Origin: Veleropilina oligotropha
Lineage: Eukaryota
Direction of reading: 5' to 3'
Assembly: GCA_048128005.1 (NCBI GenBank)
Contig: JBEUKZ010000137.1
Span: 310,001-374,000 of the forward strand
Length of the DNA stretch: 64,000 nt
Below the pieces are notes generated by a model that saw only the letters and a program-made list of their open reading frames with translations, was not told where the DNA came from and made no database searches. The position numbers and the translations under genes were made by a program. Below are positions 46,901 to 60,071 of the stretch, one piece after another; position 1 is the first letter of the stretch; the number at the start of each line of letters is the position of its first letter.

Positions 46901-49900
46901 TCTAGGAAGTTGATATGTCGTCCCTGAAGGTCTGTCGGCCATAGGCCTGATGTCTCGTAACTGTCGAGGTGACCACCCCAGCCGTCGTTCGAAGCGTCTG
47001 TGAACAGGTAAGCGTTCGGCTCTGGTGGGGATATAGGAACCGACTGGTCCGGCAAAGTGGGGTTCAACCACACTGCTGTCGTGTCGGTAAACCAATGCCG
47101 TAGATCGATGCGATCCGTCCACTGCCCCGTCCGTTGTATCCAGCGATCCCTGAACGCCTGTTGTAACGGTCTTTTGTCCATGCGACCCGTCGGTAGCAGG
47201 GGCGCTACCGACTCGATGTGCCCCAGGACAGTGGCCAGTTGTCGCGCCGTAGTTATGTCCGATGACAGGGTGTCTTGGATAACCGCGCGTAGGTTCCGCA
47301 TACGCTTCTGGGTCGGCTTCGCGGTGTACCGGACCGTATCGAAGTCGACTCCGAGGAACGTAAACGTCGTCGAGGGCACGAAGCAGGATTTTGTCTCGTT
47401 GATCTGAAATCCCAGGCGCTTCGTCGATGACAGGGTAAAGCTCGTAGACCGGAGGCACAGATCTCGGGACGCCCCGAGATCAGCCAGTCGTCGAGGTATA
47501 TATGTACCCTGAGCCCTAGAGAGTGTAGGAAGGCCCTAAGGGCCTGTACTGTTCTCGTGAAGACGTACGGGGCTGACGATAGACCGAACGGTAGGAACCT
47601 GAATGGTAGATCGTCTCCCGTGTGTAAACCGAAGGTACTGATGAGCCGTGATATGCATCGGGGCATGCAGATACGCGTCGGTCAGATAGATAGACGCTGC
47701 CCAGTCGCCCGGATGGATGGCCGCTCGTATCTTCGAGAGGGATTCTTGCTGGAATTTCTCGGTACGAAGATATAGTTTACGAGAGACCGAAGATCGGTCG
47801 CTAGCGGCCATCGGGATTCGGGACCAGGAAGAAATGGCTGTATTTTCCTGGTGTGCTGGGCGGCGCGGGTAGGTCCCGCACTGCCTGGTCTAAGACCGCT
47901 CGCTTTTCTCCGATTAGGAGGCGAGCGTGTCTTGTTGGTGGTGCCTCGTTTAGGGTCGGATGCCGGTTGAACCAACTTGTATCCGGCACTCACGACGGAG
48001 GGACCCAGCTACTGTCTGGTAGTCTAGCCATGGCTGGCTGTACGCTAACAGATACGCTTCCACCGGCGGAAGCGGGTAGCTGGGACTGTTGTGTGTGTGC
48101 CGGCAGCCCTAGGGCCGAGGCTTCCCTCTCCCGCTCTGCGTACGGGAGCTTGTTGGAGGTGCTTGCCTCTTCGGAGTGGGTTAATGGCCGGGGCCTACCA
48201 CCAGAAGAGGGCCATGCACGCTTGGAAGGCTTCGGGGTCCAGGTGGGCCCTGAACGCTTCCTCGAGTCGGCGGGTGGACCCCCGGGGGGTGCAGCACCGC
48301 CTACTCGATGGTACGGTCCGTCAGGTCCGCCGCTCTCTGTCGACGAATTCTGAGAAATCGTCGGCAAATAGAGTGGTGGCCGAGCAAGGCACGCATCGCA
48401 ACGAGCGCCGGGTGGCCTCATCTAGCGAGGTGCCTTCAAGGTAAGCGGCCCTACGAAGTAGGAGTGCGTTACCCAGGACACGTCCCGTCTCCAACGCGTT
48501 GGTCTCCATAACGGCAGCAACCTCCTGGAGGAAGGACAGGGCAGCCCACGGGCGCCGGGTCCATCCTCCTGTAATACGGCTATCGTCCCGTCTAGGAAAA
48601 ATCCTGAACGGACGACGGCCGCAGAGCTCATCGGGCGGAGCTCTCGAAAGCTTCCAAGGCGAACCCAGGAACTCTCGCTACAGAGGGAGTGTGACTGGTG
48701 GTCAGTCAACGCAACGCTGCGTCAACACGAACCGGCTCAGTCGCCAGGCACGGACCAGTACATGCGAACGGGATCGAACGCGAACTGGCCCGGAGGTACC
48801 TCCCACTACGGAACCCCGAAGGGTACTCGGTCAGTGGGGAGGACTCCACCGGATTGCGCCCCCGACTGAGCTTGGTTGTCGAGTCAACACCCGATCAATC
48901 AGCCCAGACTGAGGTAAGGAAGAAAGCAAGGGGGCTTCCTTCTCAACAAACCGATGCGCCGCCGTCCTGTGTTTGACCGGGCCTACATACGACCGAGTCG
49001 GTTCCGGCAGGTCAAGCACCCCGCGAAGTGACGCAACAGCGTCGAGTTCGGCGGGTGGTGGAGGTCGGCTCCTGCGTGCCTGGAAGACTACCAGAGTCTT
49101 CGGGTCCGACCGATACAGGGAGGTCGGAGTGAGTGGAGTCGAGGTCCTCGTTGGAACGAGGTTCGATCCCCACCACGGAGGCAGGAGCCGTGCTCTGCGC
49201 CACAGGCAGAGGTGTAGGTACCTGGAGCGGCTAGGAAGCCGGTTATCAGGCCCGACATCGGGACTCGAACTCCGCCGCGAACATAGCCTGGACGTTCTCT
49301 AAAGAGAAACCCGGAGGCATGACGGGCGTCGAACTAACAGCCGGTAGTTCGGTCGAAGTCACCGTGGCGCTAGGTAGACGGGCTGCATGGACAGGTGTAG
49401 CCGAGAACCAGGGTCTCGGGACACGTGTCGAGTGGTCGAACCCGAAAGAACGGCCCGGAGGCGCGTTCGGTGGGCCGGACGACCGGTAGGACTGCGGCAA
49501 CAGTCCGTATCGGTCTACCACTCTGTTCGAGCGAGGCACGGACGGAAAACCGCCGTAGAACCCCGTCCCGAACGCAGCCGGTCTGTCCACGTTCTCTAGC
49601 GTGACCACGGTGGGTGCACGGGAGAGACCGGGCCCTCTGAATGTCTCGTGAGCTTCGAGGTTGAGCGGAAAACCCTTAGGGGTAGTCGCATCGTTCTCGA
49701 CCGAGGATTCAGGTTTCGCCGATTGTCCGAGTCTTAGACCTACAAGTAGGTGCCCGGCCTCTTTAAAGGCTTTCTCTGCATTGGTTCTTTCACCGTCGCT
49801 AGACGGAGAGTGTACCGCAGAAGGACTAACTGTCCCCTTATTCTTCGAGGCCGAAGAAAAGGATGGGGATGGTCTGCCCTGTACAGCTGTTCGCTGCGCT

Positions 49901-51367
49901 GTCATATATACCTTGCTAGCCGGCAAGGTATGGCTGACTGCAGTTACTAGGCCCGGTTTGAGGCGGAACGGTCGGCACTCGGGCCTTTACCTGAATCTGG
50001 GGTCCCGGCAAGGGTTCGGTGACTCCCCCGAGAGTCGCGGAGGTATCGCCGGTAGACCCGGCGACAGACGGTGCTTTACGTCGGCTGTCGTCCAGCGTCC
50101 CTGAAGTAGACAAAGAAGAATTATCCCTTAACTTACTGTCTGCAAACAACCCCTTTTCCTGCCCCTTTCCCGAGGAGGGCCCACCGTGGCAGTCGCCCTG
50201 GTCGACTTACCCGGTTGGGATAGAACCGCCCACTGCTTGTCTGTAAAAACAAGGCACAAGTCACACTGAAGTTTAATTTTACTACAACTACGGTGAATAC
50301 GGCATTCCGTGTGCGTATCAAAACCCGTGAATTTTCTGGTTACACCCGGAGCTACTGCACCGGACCAGAGGGTATACACGGGAGGATAGTAGTGGGTATA
50401 CGGGGTAGTGAAATAGGTATATATATGGTAGTTGTGACTATACTACGACAACTCCTAGAATTGCCCTGATCTGAAGATCAAAGATCAAGCGATATACCGC
50501 AAAGCGCAAAAAACGCAAAAAACCCCGCACTGGGAACACCGAGGTCGGGTATTTACCCGACACGACCCGGTAAAAAACCCGGGTAATTGACTAGAACAAA
50601 CGGGGGTTTTCTCTTAGAAAAAACCGCCCAGAAAAACACCTGAAAAGACCTCGTGGATGTTTTTATGTTAGTACAATGGTGTATTATCCCAGAAACGGCA
50701 GGATATCAGAATAACTTAAAGGAATATCAGAACAGTCCTGCCTATTAACGACGCTAGAAATTTTATACAATAATAACCAGCAAATAGCGTCGTTAAGGAA
50801 TTATCCAATATAATGAGTTACCTGTTTGCAGTCTCAAACAATATCAGATAAATATACCGACCAGAAATTTCAGCTACACACGAAACTTCCCTCTAAGCGG
50901 CCATGCTTTTTTCCTTAGCAACGGCGACGCTGTCGGTTACTTGATGTCCAGAACTCCTCGAAGTTTTGAGAATCACAATCTTCTTATATTCACTTGTGTC
51001 TTGTATCCACAACACAGGGTTATATTCCACTACTTATATCATATAAGTATATATTGCGTCCTGATTTATTTCACGTGAAATCGGACGCCTATTTCGAAAT
51101 ATTTGCGGAGCAAAACAACGTCTTTCCGCGGCAGCGGAAAACTTTGAATTGATGTCATGTGACTTCTATGGTTCAGAAGTCTCGCGAGACTTGGCGAGGT
51201 CTCGCGGGGGAACGTGGTGGAGGTGGAGCAGGGGAGGTAACCGTGGTACGTTTTTGCGTCTTTGACTTATTAATAGTGCATAACGTGACTTATTCACTGT
51301 TTCCGGTTGGCAATAATATTACTATTATGGCAAGAGTAAGGACGTAAGTATGTTTGTAACTATATAT
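43924..51367 (-). mobile_element. DIRS1-type retrotransposon, copy B (ORFs disrupted, ends intact)
   Basis: 216-bp ITRs (43959-44174 and 51140-51355), ICR 44236-44326, ATAT at both junctions, and fragmented gag/RT/RH/MT/YR homologous to copy A. Confidence 0.96.
45161..50340 (-). pseudogene. Frameshifted gag-pol-YR of DIRS copy B
   Basis: ORF fragments carry YLDDWL, FTDASNDGWG, YAFPP, GRRCSEIHA and GYWKHANVFVKHYL, separated by stops and frameshifts. The 5' boundary is approximate. Confidence 0.9.
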
Positions 51368-51387
51368 GCCATGGTTATCTACAATAT
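51368..51387 (-). mobile_element. 20-bp LINE ORF2 sliver between DIRS B and C
   Basis: Encodes (D)IVDNHG, in frame with both flanking LINE pieces. Confidence 0.9.
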
Positions 51388-54300
51388 GAGGTTTTAAGGT
51401 AAACCTAATATTAGTTAAAACATACTTACGTCCTTACTCTTGCCATAATAGTAATATTATCGCTAACCGGAAACAGTGAATAAGTCACATTATGCACTCT
51501 TTATAAGTCAAAACGTACCACGATCACCCCCCCTGCTCCCGCTCTCCTAAGTTCCCCCAGCGAGATCTCGCCAAGTCTCGCGAGACTTCCGAACCATCGA
51601 AGTCACAAGACCTCAATTCAAAGTTCAGAACCCCAAAGGAACTTAGTAGAGGGGAGGAATGCGAAGCAGGGTGGGTAATCGTGGTAAGGACGTAAGTATG
51701 TTTTAACTAATATTAGGTTTACCTTAAAACCTCATATGTAGTTACAAACTTACTTACGTCCTTACTCTTGCCAGAATAACCTTGGATAGGTGGGTAAGAA
51801 GTTCCTTACAGCAAACCCAAACAAGATAATGACTTACTTTTCACCATGTCAATCAGCTCGAAGCGTCGATTGTGTCCGCCCAGAGTGGAATTTACTGAGA
51901 ATTATATTCAACTCTTACCAAGCGAGAATTTCGACCAGTGTTACCGGGAGAATACGCCGTGGTGTTAGTCGGACGAGGTGAACGGAAGTGCAATCAGCCC
52001 CAGGCACGGCCGGAAGGATGAATCCCTGTAGGTCTTACGTGTCATGGGCCAGTGGCAGCCAAATGGTACTCCTGGCCAAAGGCCGGTAGCCAGAGGATGC
52101 AGTCGGATTTGTAAGCACACGGAACCTAATAGGTTGTGAAAGCGTGAAATCAAAAGCAAAGAATTAATAGATTATAATAAATAATCGATATTAATAATTG
52201 ATTCGCATGACCAACTTGCGAAATGCTAACATGTACGACATGTCACTTAAAATAAAATTTTAAGGAAGCAAATATGTACGACATGTTACTTAAATTAAAT
52301 TTAAAGGAAGCAAATATTAAATTTTTTCAATGTCTTGAACATCGTATGGTCTATACAGCATAGAACATCAAAAATATTGAACCTCAAATCTTATAAGTTT
52401 GTCGCAATATTTTTGTTTATTAAATTCAATGTAATCTGGCATTGTCAATATACTCAGGTATGACATGAAAGTATCAAGATCTTAAAATGTTTTTAAGAAA
52501 TGAACAGACATTGAATCGCCTCATAATGTGTCTATTTCATAGAACAACGAGGCCAACAAAAAACAAAGCGTCAGCATGAATTATGTAAATTGACCAATCA
52601 ACAAAATAATACTCACTGATTAGACGACCTCGGTCTAACAATACATCGTTGAGCAGTTACAAGGTAGACTGCCCAATCCATCAGCCGCAAGGAACAATCC
52701 CCAGAAAAGGCTTAATAAAGACATTTTCGAGAGGCAACGCTGAGAAGTGAATCTGCGAAAACACGGACCTCGTGTGCGCGGAACGATACAAAAGTGCGGG
52801 CGGCCTACTTTTCACAGCGAGAGAAGTCTCTCACTACCTGTGAAAACCTCCGCGAACAGTCGTCCATGAAATGTCGCGGATACAAGAAGGTAAATAAGAA
52901 TAAAATATACGTAGTTTTCTCTGCCACGCAGCACGGATCCTGTCGAGGTAGTAACGTAGGCACGCATATTACAGATTCATCGGTCCACATCGGGTCTCTG
53001 ACCAGCGCTAGGGGATAACGATATCAGTTGCGTCGTCGATCGGCCGTTGATTCTTGGCGAGGTAACCCAAGATATGACGCCGCATCACCGACCCGTCGAC
53101 TGGAAACGAACGTCTCGTAGCTCTGCCTAGACTATGAAATACGGAACAACACCTGCCCGACGCTAAGGCGATCAGAAAAACCTGTTTTGTGCGTTAAGTT
53201 CCTCATAGAGGACGGGCCCATAGGCTAGTCGGGTAGAAGAGAGCGTTAAGAAATGAGAGCGATGTTTCAGGCTGGCCGAAGCGTACGGGTCGAAATTTGA
53301 GTTCGAAGGATCGCAGAAATCCACATAGTTCGGTCGCTAGGTAGGCTACCACGGGCACGGCACTCGCGACCGATGCCCGATAGCTTTGACGGCGGACACT
53401 GACATACCGCGTTCAAAGAGCGACGATAAAAACTCAATAAACTTGTTCACAGGGGGCGGAGTATATTGACCTGCCGACTGTGACACCAATCCACGTACTT
53501 AACCCATCGGTAGTCATAAACTTTAGTCGTGGAAGCCTTCTCGATCGGGATGCGTAGGGCTGTTGTGCGAGAAATTCTTTTCTTAGCAAGGGATCGTTCG
53601 ATAACCGCCAGGCGTGTAAACGTAAGTCGTTCGCGATGTTGAAATACACGGCAGCGCGTCTGCATTAACCGGCCCGGTCTCTGCGGGAGCGAAAACGGTC
53701 GGTCGACGATCAGATCGAGGAGGGTCGGAAACCAAGGTTGCGTGCGATATAGGGGCGCGATTAGCGTTATCAGCAACGTTCGGTCGATGCCTTCTGTAAT
53801 ACCAGTGTTAGAATGCACGACGGGGGGAAGGCATACGCGGACAGATTCTCCCATGTCATTGACAGTGCGGCGACCGTTAGGGCGGCCGGGTCCGGGTACG
53901 GGGAGACATACAGAGGTAGTCGGTAATTAAATTCTGTTGCAAACAGATCGACTCGGGGTTGTGACCACCGGCGACAAACGTCCCGAGCTACTCGGCTGTG
54001 TAGCTCCACTCTGTGTGTATGATCTGTGATTTCCGAGAGAGCGAATCCGCTCTGACATTCAGCTTTCCCGGGATGTGTCGGGCTCGAATCGTCGAGTTGA
54101 GGGACATCACTAGGCGGTGGAGGTCTATTGCTCGGTCGCAAAGGGGACGCGAGCGAGTGCCGCCCTGGTGCTGGATGTAAGCGACGACAGTCGTGTTGTC
54201 CGTGGCGAGCATTATATGCTTGGTGCGGAGATGTGACGAGAGGGACCGTACTGACAGGTAAACGGCTTCTAACTCTAGGAAGTTGATATGTCGTCCCTGA

Positions 54301-57300
54301 AGGTCCGTCGGCCATAGGCCTGATGTCTCGTAACTGTCGAGGTGACCACCCCAGCCGTCGTTCGAAGCGTCTGTGAACAGGTAAGCGTTCGGCTCTGGCG
54401 GGGATATAGGAACCGACTGGTCCGGCAAAGCAGGGTTCAACCACGCTGCTGTTGTGCTGGTAAACCAATGCCGTAGATCGATGCGATCCGTCCACTGCCC
54501 CGTCCGTTGTATCCAGCGATCCCTGAACGCCTGCTGCAACGGTCGTTTGTCCATGCGACCCGTCGGTAGCAGGGTCGCTACCGACTCGATGTGCCCTAGG
54601 ACAGTGGCCAGTTGTCGCGCTGTAGTTACGTCCGATGACAGGGTGTCTTGGATAACCGCGCGTAGGTTCCGCATACGCTACTGGGTCGGCTTCGCGGTGT
54701 ACCGGACCGTATCGAAGTCTACTCCGAGGAACGTAAACGTCGTCGAGGGCACGAAGCAGGATTTTGTCTCGTTGATCTGAAATCCCAGGCGCTTCGTCGA
54801 TGACAGGGTAAAGCTCGTAGACCGGAGGCACAGATCCCGGGACGCCCCGAGGATCAGCCAGTCGTCGAGGTACATATGTACCCTGTGCCCTAGAGAGTGT
54901 AGGAAGGCCCCTAGGGCCTGTACTGTTCTCGTGAAGACGTAAGGGGCTGACGATAGACCGAACGGTAGGCACCTGAATAGGTAGATCGTCTCCCCGTGTA
55001 TAAACCGAAGGTACTGATGAGCCGTGACATGCATCGGGACATGCAGATACGCGTCGGTCAGATCAATAGACACTGCCCAGTCGCCCGGACGGACGGCCGC
55101 TCGTATCTTCGAGAGGGTTTTCTGCTGGAATTTCTCGGTACGAAGATATTAGGTTACGAGAGATCGAAGATCGGTCGTTAGCGGCCATCGGGACCAGGAA
55201 GAAATGGCTGTATTATCCTGGTGTGCTGGGCGGCGCGGGATATATCGCTCTTATTAGGAGCAAATCCCGCACTGCCTGGTCTAAGACCGCCTGCTTCTCT
55301 CCGTTTAGGAGGCGAGCGTGTCTTGGTGGAGGTGCCTCGTTTAGGGTCGGATGCCGGTTGAACCAACTTGTATCCGGCACTCACGACGGAGGGACCCAGC
55401 TACTGTCTGGTAGTCTAGCCACGGCTGGCTGTACGCTAACAGATACGCTTCCACCAGCGGAAGCGGGCAGCTGGGACTGTCGTGTGTGCCGGCAGCCCTA
55501 GGGCCGAGGCTTCCCTCTCCCGCTCTGACGGGAGCTTGTTGGAGGTGCTTGCCTCCTCGGAGTGGGTTAATGGCCGGGGGCCTACCACCCGAAGAGGGCT
55601 TTGCACGCTTGGAAGGCTTCGGGGTCCGGGTGGGCCCTGAGCGCTTCCTCGAGTCGGCAGGTGGACCCCGGGTAGGGTGCAGTACCGCCTTCTCGATGGC
55701 ACGGTCCTTCATGTCCGCCGCTCTCTTGTCGACGAACTCCGTAAAGTTGTCGCCAAAAAGAGTGGTGGCCGAGCAAGGCACGCATCGCAACGAGCACCGG
55801 GTGGCCTCGTCTAGCGAGGTGCCTTCAAGGTAAGCGACCCTACGAAGTAGGAATGCGTTACCCAGGACACGTCCCGTCTCCATAACGGCAGCAACCTCCT
55901 GGAGGAAGGACAGGGCAGCCCACGGGCGCCGGGTCCATCCTCCTGTAATACGGCTATCGCCCCGTCTAGGAAAAATCCTGAACGGACGACAGCCGCAGAG
56001 CTCATCGGGCGGAGCTCTCGAAAGCTTCCAAGGCGAACCCAGGAACTCTCGCTACAGAGGGAGTGTGACTGGCGGTCAGTCAACGCAACGCTGCGTCAAC
56101 ACAACCCGGCTCAGTCGCCAGGCACGGACCAGTACATGCGAACGGGATCGAACGCGAACTGGCCCGGAGTTACCTCCCACTACGGAACCCCGAAGGGTAC
56201 TCGGTCAGTGGGGAGGACTCCACCGGATTGCGCCCCCGACTGAGCTTGGTTGTCGAGTCAACACCCGATCAACCAGCCCAGACTGAGGTAAGGAAGGAAG
56301 CAAGGGGGCTTCCTTCTCAACAAACCGATGCGCCGCCGTCCTGTGCTTGACCGGGCCTACATACGACCGAGTCGGTTCCGGCAGGTCAAGCACCCCGCGA
56401 AGTGACGCAACAGCGTCGAGTTCGGCGGGTGGTGGAGGTCGGCTCCTGCGTGCCTGGAAGACTACCAGCGTCTTCGGGCCCGACCGATACAGGGAGGTCG
56501 GAGTGAGTGGAGTCGAGGTCCTCGTCGGAACGAGGTTCGATCCCCACCACGGAGGCAGGAGCCGTGCTCTGCGCCACAGGCAGAGGTGTAGGTACCTGGA
56601 GCGGCTAGGAAGCCGGTTGCCAGGCCCGACATCGGGACTCGAACTCCGCCGCGAACATAGCCTGGACGTTCTCTAAAGAGAAACCCGGAGGCATGACGGG
56701 CGTCGAACTAACAGCCGGTAGTTCGGTCGAATACACCGTGGCGCTAGGTAGACGGGCTGCATGGACAGGTGTAGCCGAGAACCCTTGTTTTAGGGTCTCG
56801 GGACACGTGTCGAGTGGTCGAACCCGAAAGAACGGCCCGAAGGCAGGTTCGGTGGGCCGGACGACCGGTAGGACTGCGGCAACAGTCCGTATCGGTCTAC
56901 CACTCTGGTCGAGAGAGGCACGGTCGGAAAACCGCCGTAGAACCCCGTCCCGAACGCAGCCGGTCTGTCCACGTTCGCTAGCGTGACCATCGTGGGTGCA
57001 CGGGAGAGAACGGGCCCTCTGAAAAGCTCGTGAGCATCGAGGTTGAGCGGAAAACCCTTAGGGGTAGTCGCGTCGGTCTCGAACGAGGATTCAGGTGTCG
57101 CCGATTGTCCGAGTCTTAGACCTACAAGTAGGTGCCCGGCCTCTTTAAAGGCTTTCTCTGCATCGAGTCTGTCACCGTAGGAAGACGGTGAGTTTCCCGC
57201 AGAAGGACTAACTGTCCCCTTATTCTACGAGGCCGAAGAAAAGGATGGGGATTGTCTGCCCTGTTCAGCGGTTCGCTGCGTTGCCAGATATACCTTGCTA

Positions 57301-58712
57301 GCCGGCAAGGTATGGTTGGCTGCAGTTACTAGGCCCGTTTTAGGAGGGTCGAACAGCACTCGGGCTCCTACCTGAATCTAGGGTCCCGGCAAGGTTACGG
57401 CGACTCCCTATGAGTCGCGGAGGTGACGCCGGTAGAATCGGCGACAGACGGCCCCTTTTAAGGTCGACTGTCGTCCAGCGACCCCTGAAGTAGACAAAAA
57501 AACGTTAATTCCCGTTAACCTACCATTTTGTCCAATCTCGGGGGAGAACCCACCGTGGTCCGCACCTCGGTGGATATACGCTCGCCCACTGCCTGCTGTT
57601 AAATCTAGGCACAGTTCACATATATATATATATATATATACGGTGAACACGGCATTCCGTGCGCCTAGAAATCCGTGAAACTACGGGTTACACCCGGAGT
57701 TGCACCGGACCATACACCCCTCTCCCTGAATACACGGGAGGGTAGTAGTGGGCGGAACGGGGTAGTGAAAAGTATATATTTGGTAGTTGTGACTATTTAC
57801 TACGACAACTCTTAAAAATTGCCCTGATCTGAAGATCAAAGATCAGACGATATACCGCAAAAAACCCCGAGCTGGGAACACCGAGGCCGGGTATTTACCC
57901 GACACGACCCGGTAAAAAACCAGGCAAATTGACTAGAACAAACGGGGGTTCTCTCTTAGAAAAAACCGCCCAGAAAAACACCTGAAAACCTCGTGGATGT
58001 TTTTATGTTAGTACAATTGTGTATTATCCCAGAAACGGCAGGATAACAGAAAAACGCAAGCGTGATATCTAAACGATCCTGCCTATTAACGACGCTAGAA
58101 ATTTTATACAATAATAACCAGCAATAGCGTCGTTAAGGAATTATCCAATATAATGAGTTACCTGTTTGCAGTCTCAAACAATATCAGATAATAATACCGA
58201 CCAGAAACTTCTTCTTAATTACGAATTTTCCCCTCTAGGCGGCCATGCTTTTCCCTGCAACAGCGGCGATGTCGGTTTCATGTGATTTTCAGAACTTCGA
58301 ATCTTCAAATCAACGAGATCAACACTATTCACATGTGTTTATAATATCCACAACACAGGGTTATAATCCTTCACAACGTATTATAAAGTTGTCGATAATA
58401 GCCCTCGATCTTAACGCATTAGCGTCTTAAAATCGAAGACAAAGTCGAAAGATTTGCGGAGCAAAAAAACACGTCTTTCCGTTTTCGCGGAAAACTTTGA
58501 ATTGAGGTCTTGTGACTTCGATGGTTCGGAAGTCTCGCGAGACTTGGCGAGATCTCGCTGGGGGAACTTAGGAGAGCGGGAGCAGGGGGGGTGATCGTGG
58601 TACGTTTTGACTTATAAAGAGTGCATAATGTGACTTATTCACTGTTTCCGGTTAGCGATAATATTACTATTATGGCAAGAGTAAGGACGTAAGTAAGTTT
58701 GTAACTACATAT
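51384..58712 (-). mobile_element. DIRS1-type retrotransposon, copy C (ORFs disrupted, ends intact; same subfamily as B)
   Basis: 208-bp ITRs (51418-51625 and 58493-58700), ICR 51684-51773, ATAT at both junctions. Confidence 0.96.
52613..57690 (-). pseudogene. Frameshifted gag-pol and strongly decayed YR of DIRS copy C
   Basis: RT/RH fragments (ORFs 54678..55073 and 53988..54674) are recognisable, while the YR region is barely alignable. Boundaries are approximate. Confidence 0.88.
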
Positions 58713-58788
58713 CTGCAATATAACGTATACCTTTAGTATTCCATGATTTTATCGGTACAATATTTATATTAATATTATACCAGAGAGG
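58713..58788 (-). mobile_element. LINE ORF2 5'-truncated end (PLWYNININIVPIKSWNTKGIRYIA)
   Basis: PLWxN...WxxKGI is typical of L1/Tx1 ORF2. In frame with 51368-51387 and 43136-43927. Confidence 0.88.
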
Positions 58789-59197
58789 TATTGATCCGAT
58801 TTACTTGAAATTTTTACACAAGGTATGGTTTCTTTCTGGCTCGGTCCTCCTCAAAGATGGTCCGGATAGTGATCCGAGTTCGGATTTTATGATGAAATAT
58901 CCGGTTTACACGTTTTCGGCTGTAACGTTAAAACGCTTCGTCGTACAAACGTCAAAATAGGCCAATGACAACATGAATTATATATATAGCATCTTTCTCA
59001 CACAAGATGGTCGCCAGGGGTATTTAAAATTTAGAAAATAGGGGGTCAATTTCTACTTTCGCCAAATCTAATTAAATTATGCAAATTCGTTATGCAAATC
59101 ATAGTCATGATGAAATGATATTGATATTGTAACCAGCCTTGTGAGGATTCCCAAAGTCATCGTTACTTTGTGATTAGATCTCGTTTGCAGAGTTTTA

Positions 59198-59541
59198 AAG
59201 CCGGGAACTCCTCTACCGATTTTTTGTAACCGGCAGATTTTAATAATTTATCCATTCTTATCGGCCGGTAACCGTCGGTAGACATTGGAGCGCTCACCTA
59301 TCGTTCTTATCGGCAGGTTTGAACAAATCGAATGACGTTTCAAGTCTATTTTAGGTTAATTTTACCTCGTGCTATAGTACATGTCTTTTGAAAAGACTTA
59401 ACAAGCAAATCGGTGTCGATTTCAATAACAGGCCAGCGATTCCTTGTCCTGGCTTTTTTTCGTCCGGAAAAGAAATAATCGGTTCGGCGATACTGATGCT
59501 ACCGATTTTTCCGGCAAAATCGGTAGATGGGTTCCCGACTT
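59198..59541. mobile_element. MITE with TA flanks
   Basis: AAGCCGGGAAC..CTACCGATTTT / AAAATCGGTAGA..GTTCCCGACTT. Confidence 0.75.
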
Positions 59542-59575
59542 TAGACAAGTAAATTATGTTTGATTCTTCTGGTTA

Positions 59576-59931
59576 GGCGAAATAAAATTAATTATGTGTT
59601 TCCGGTAACAAGACTGAAAACAATATGGTCGGTAGGTTGGAAAAAAAACTTTATTTTGAAATTATTTTGTTTTCATTATATATACAATATACATTTTACT
59701 GTGCATATCATAGTCACAAGAGTTATCTCCCATTGCATTACACCGAGATGGCAAGAGATATTAAGTTTGGCGTACGCAGTTGGGTGTACGAAAAGCAGAT
59801 CGACGATAGGCTGGTGCTTGAAAAATTAGGATTACCAAAAAATGACAAATGACAATAAAATTGTGAGGGTCGGGCCTAAAATATTAGGGTAGGTAGGGTT
59901 ACCGGAAACACACAATTAATTTTATTTGGTC
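59576..59931. mobile_element. PIF/Harbinger-like MITE
   Basis: ~35-bp TIR (AAATAAAATTAATT.TGTGTTTCCGGTAAC) and TTA on both sides. Confidence 0.75.
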
Positions 59932-60071
59932 TTAGCATTATACGTGTACGTCATAGCACTATCCGCATGTGCTGACTGCAAAGCCCCCAGAAGGAGTTGA
60001 GATGATATTGGAAAGTAACCAGTGAGGAAACTATGAAGTCGGTCGAGCTCCTGGAAAATGAATATTATTAA

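Larger units (their letters stand above)
35275..59186. mobile_element. Dispersed non-autonomous repeat split by the LINE (pieces 35275-35358 and 58789-~59186)
   Basis: CATAACTTAAAAAC-TATT joins TATT-GATCCGATTTACTTGAAATTTTTACAC, with TATT at both junctions. A (TGTA/TGTC)n microsatellite near the start is typical of Helentron-type non-autonomous elements. Confidence 0.6.
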
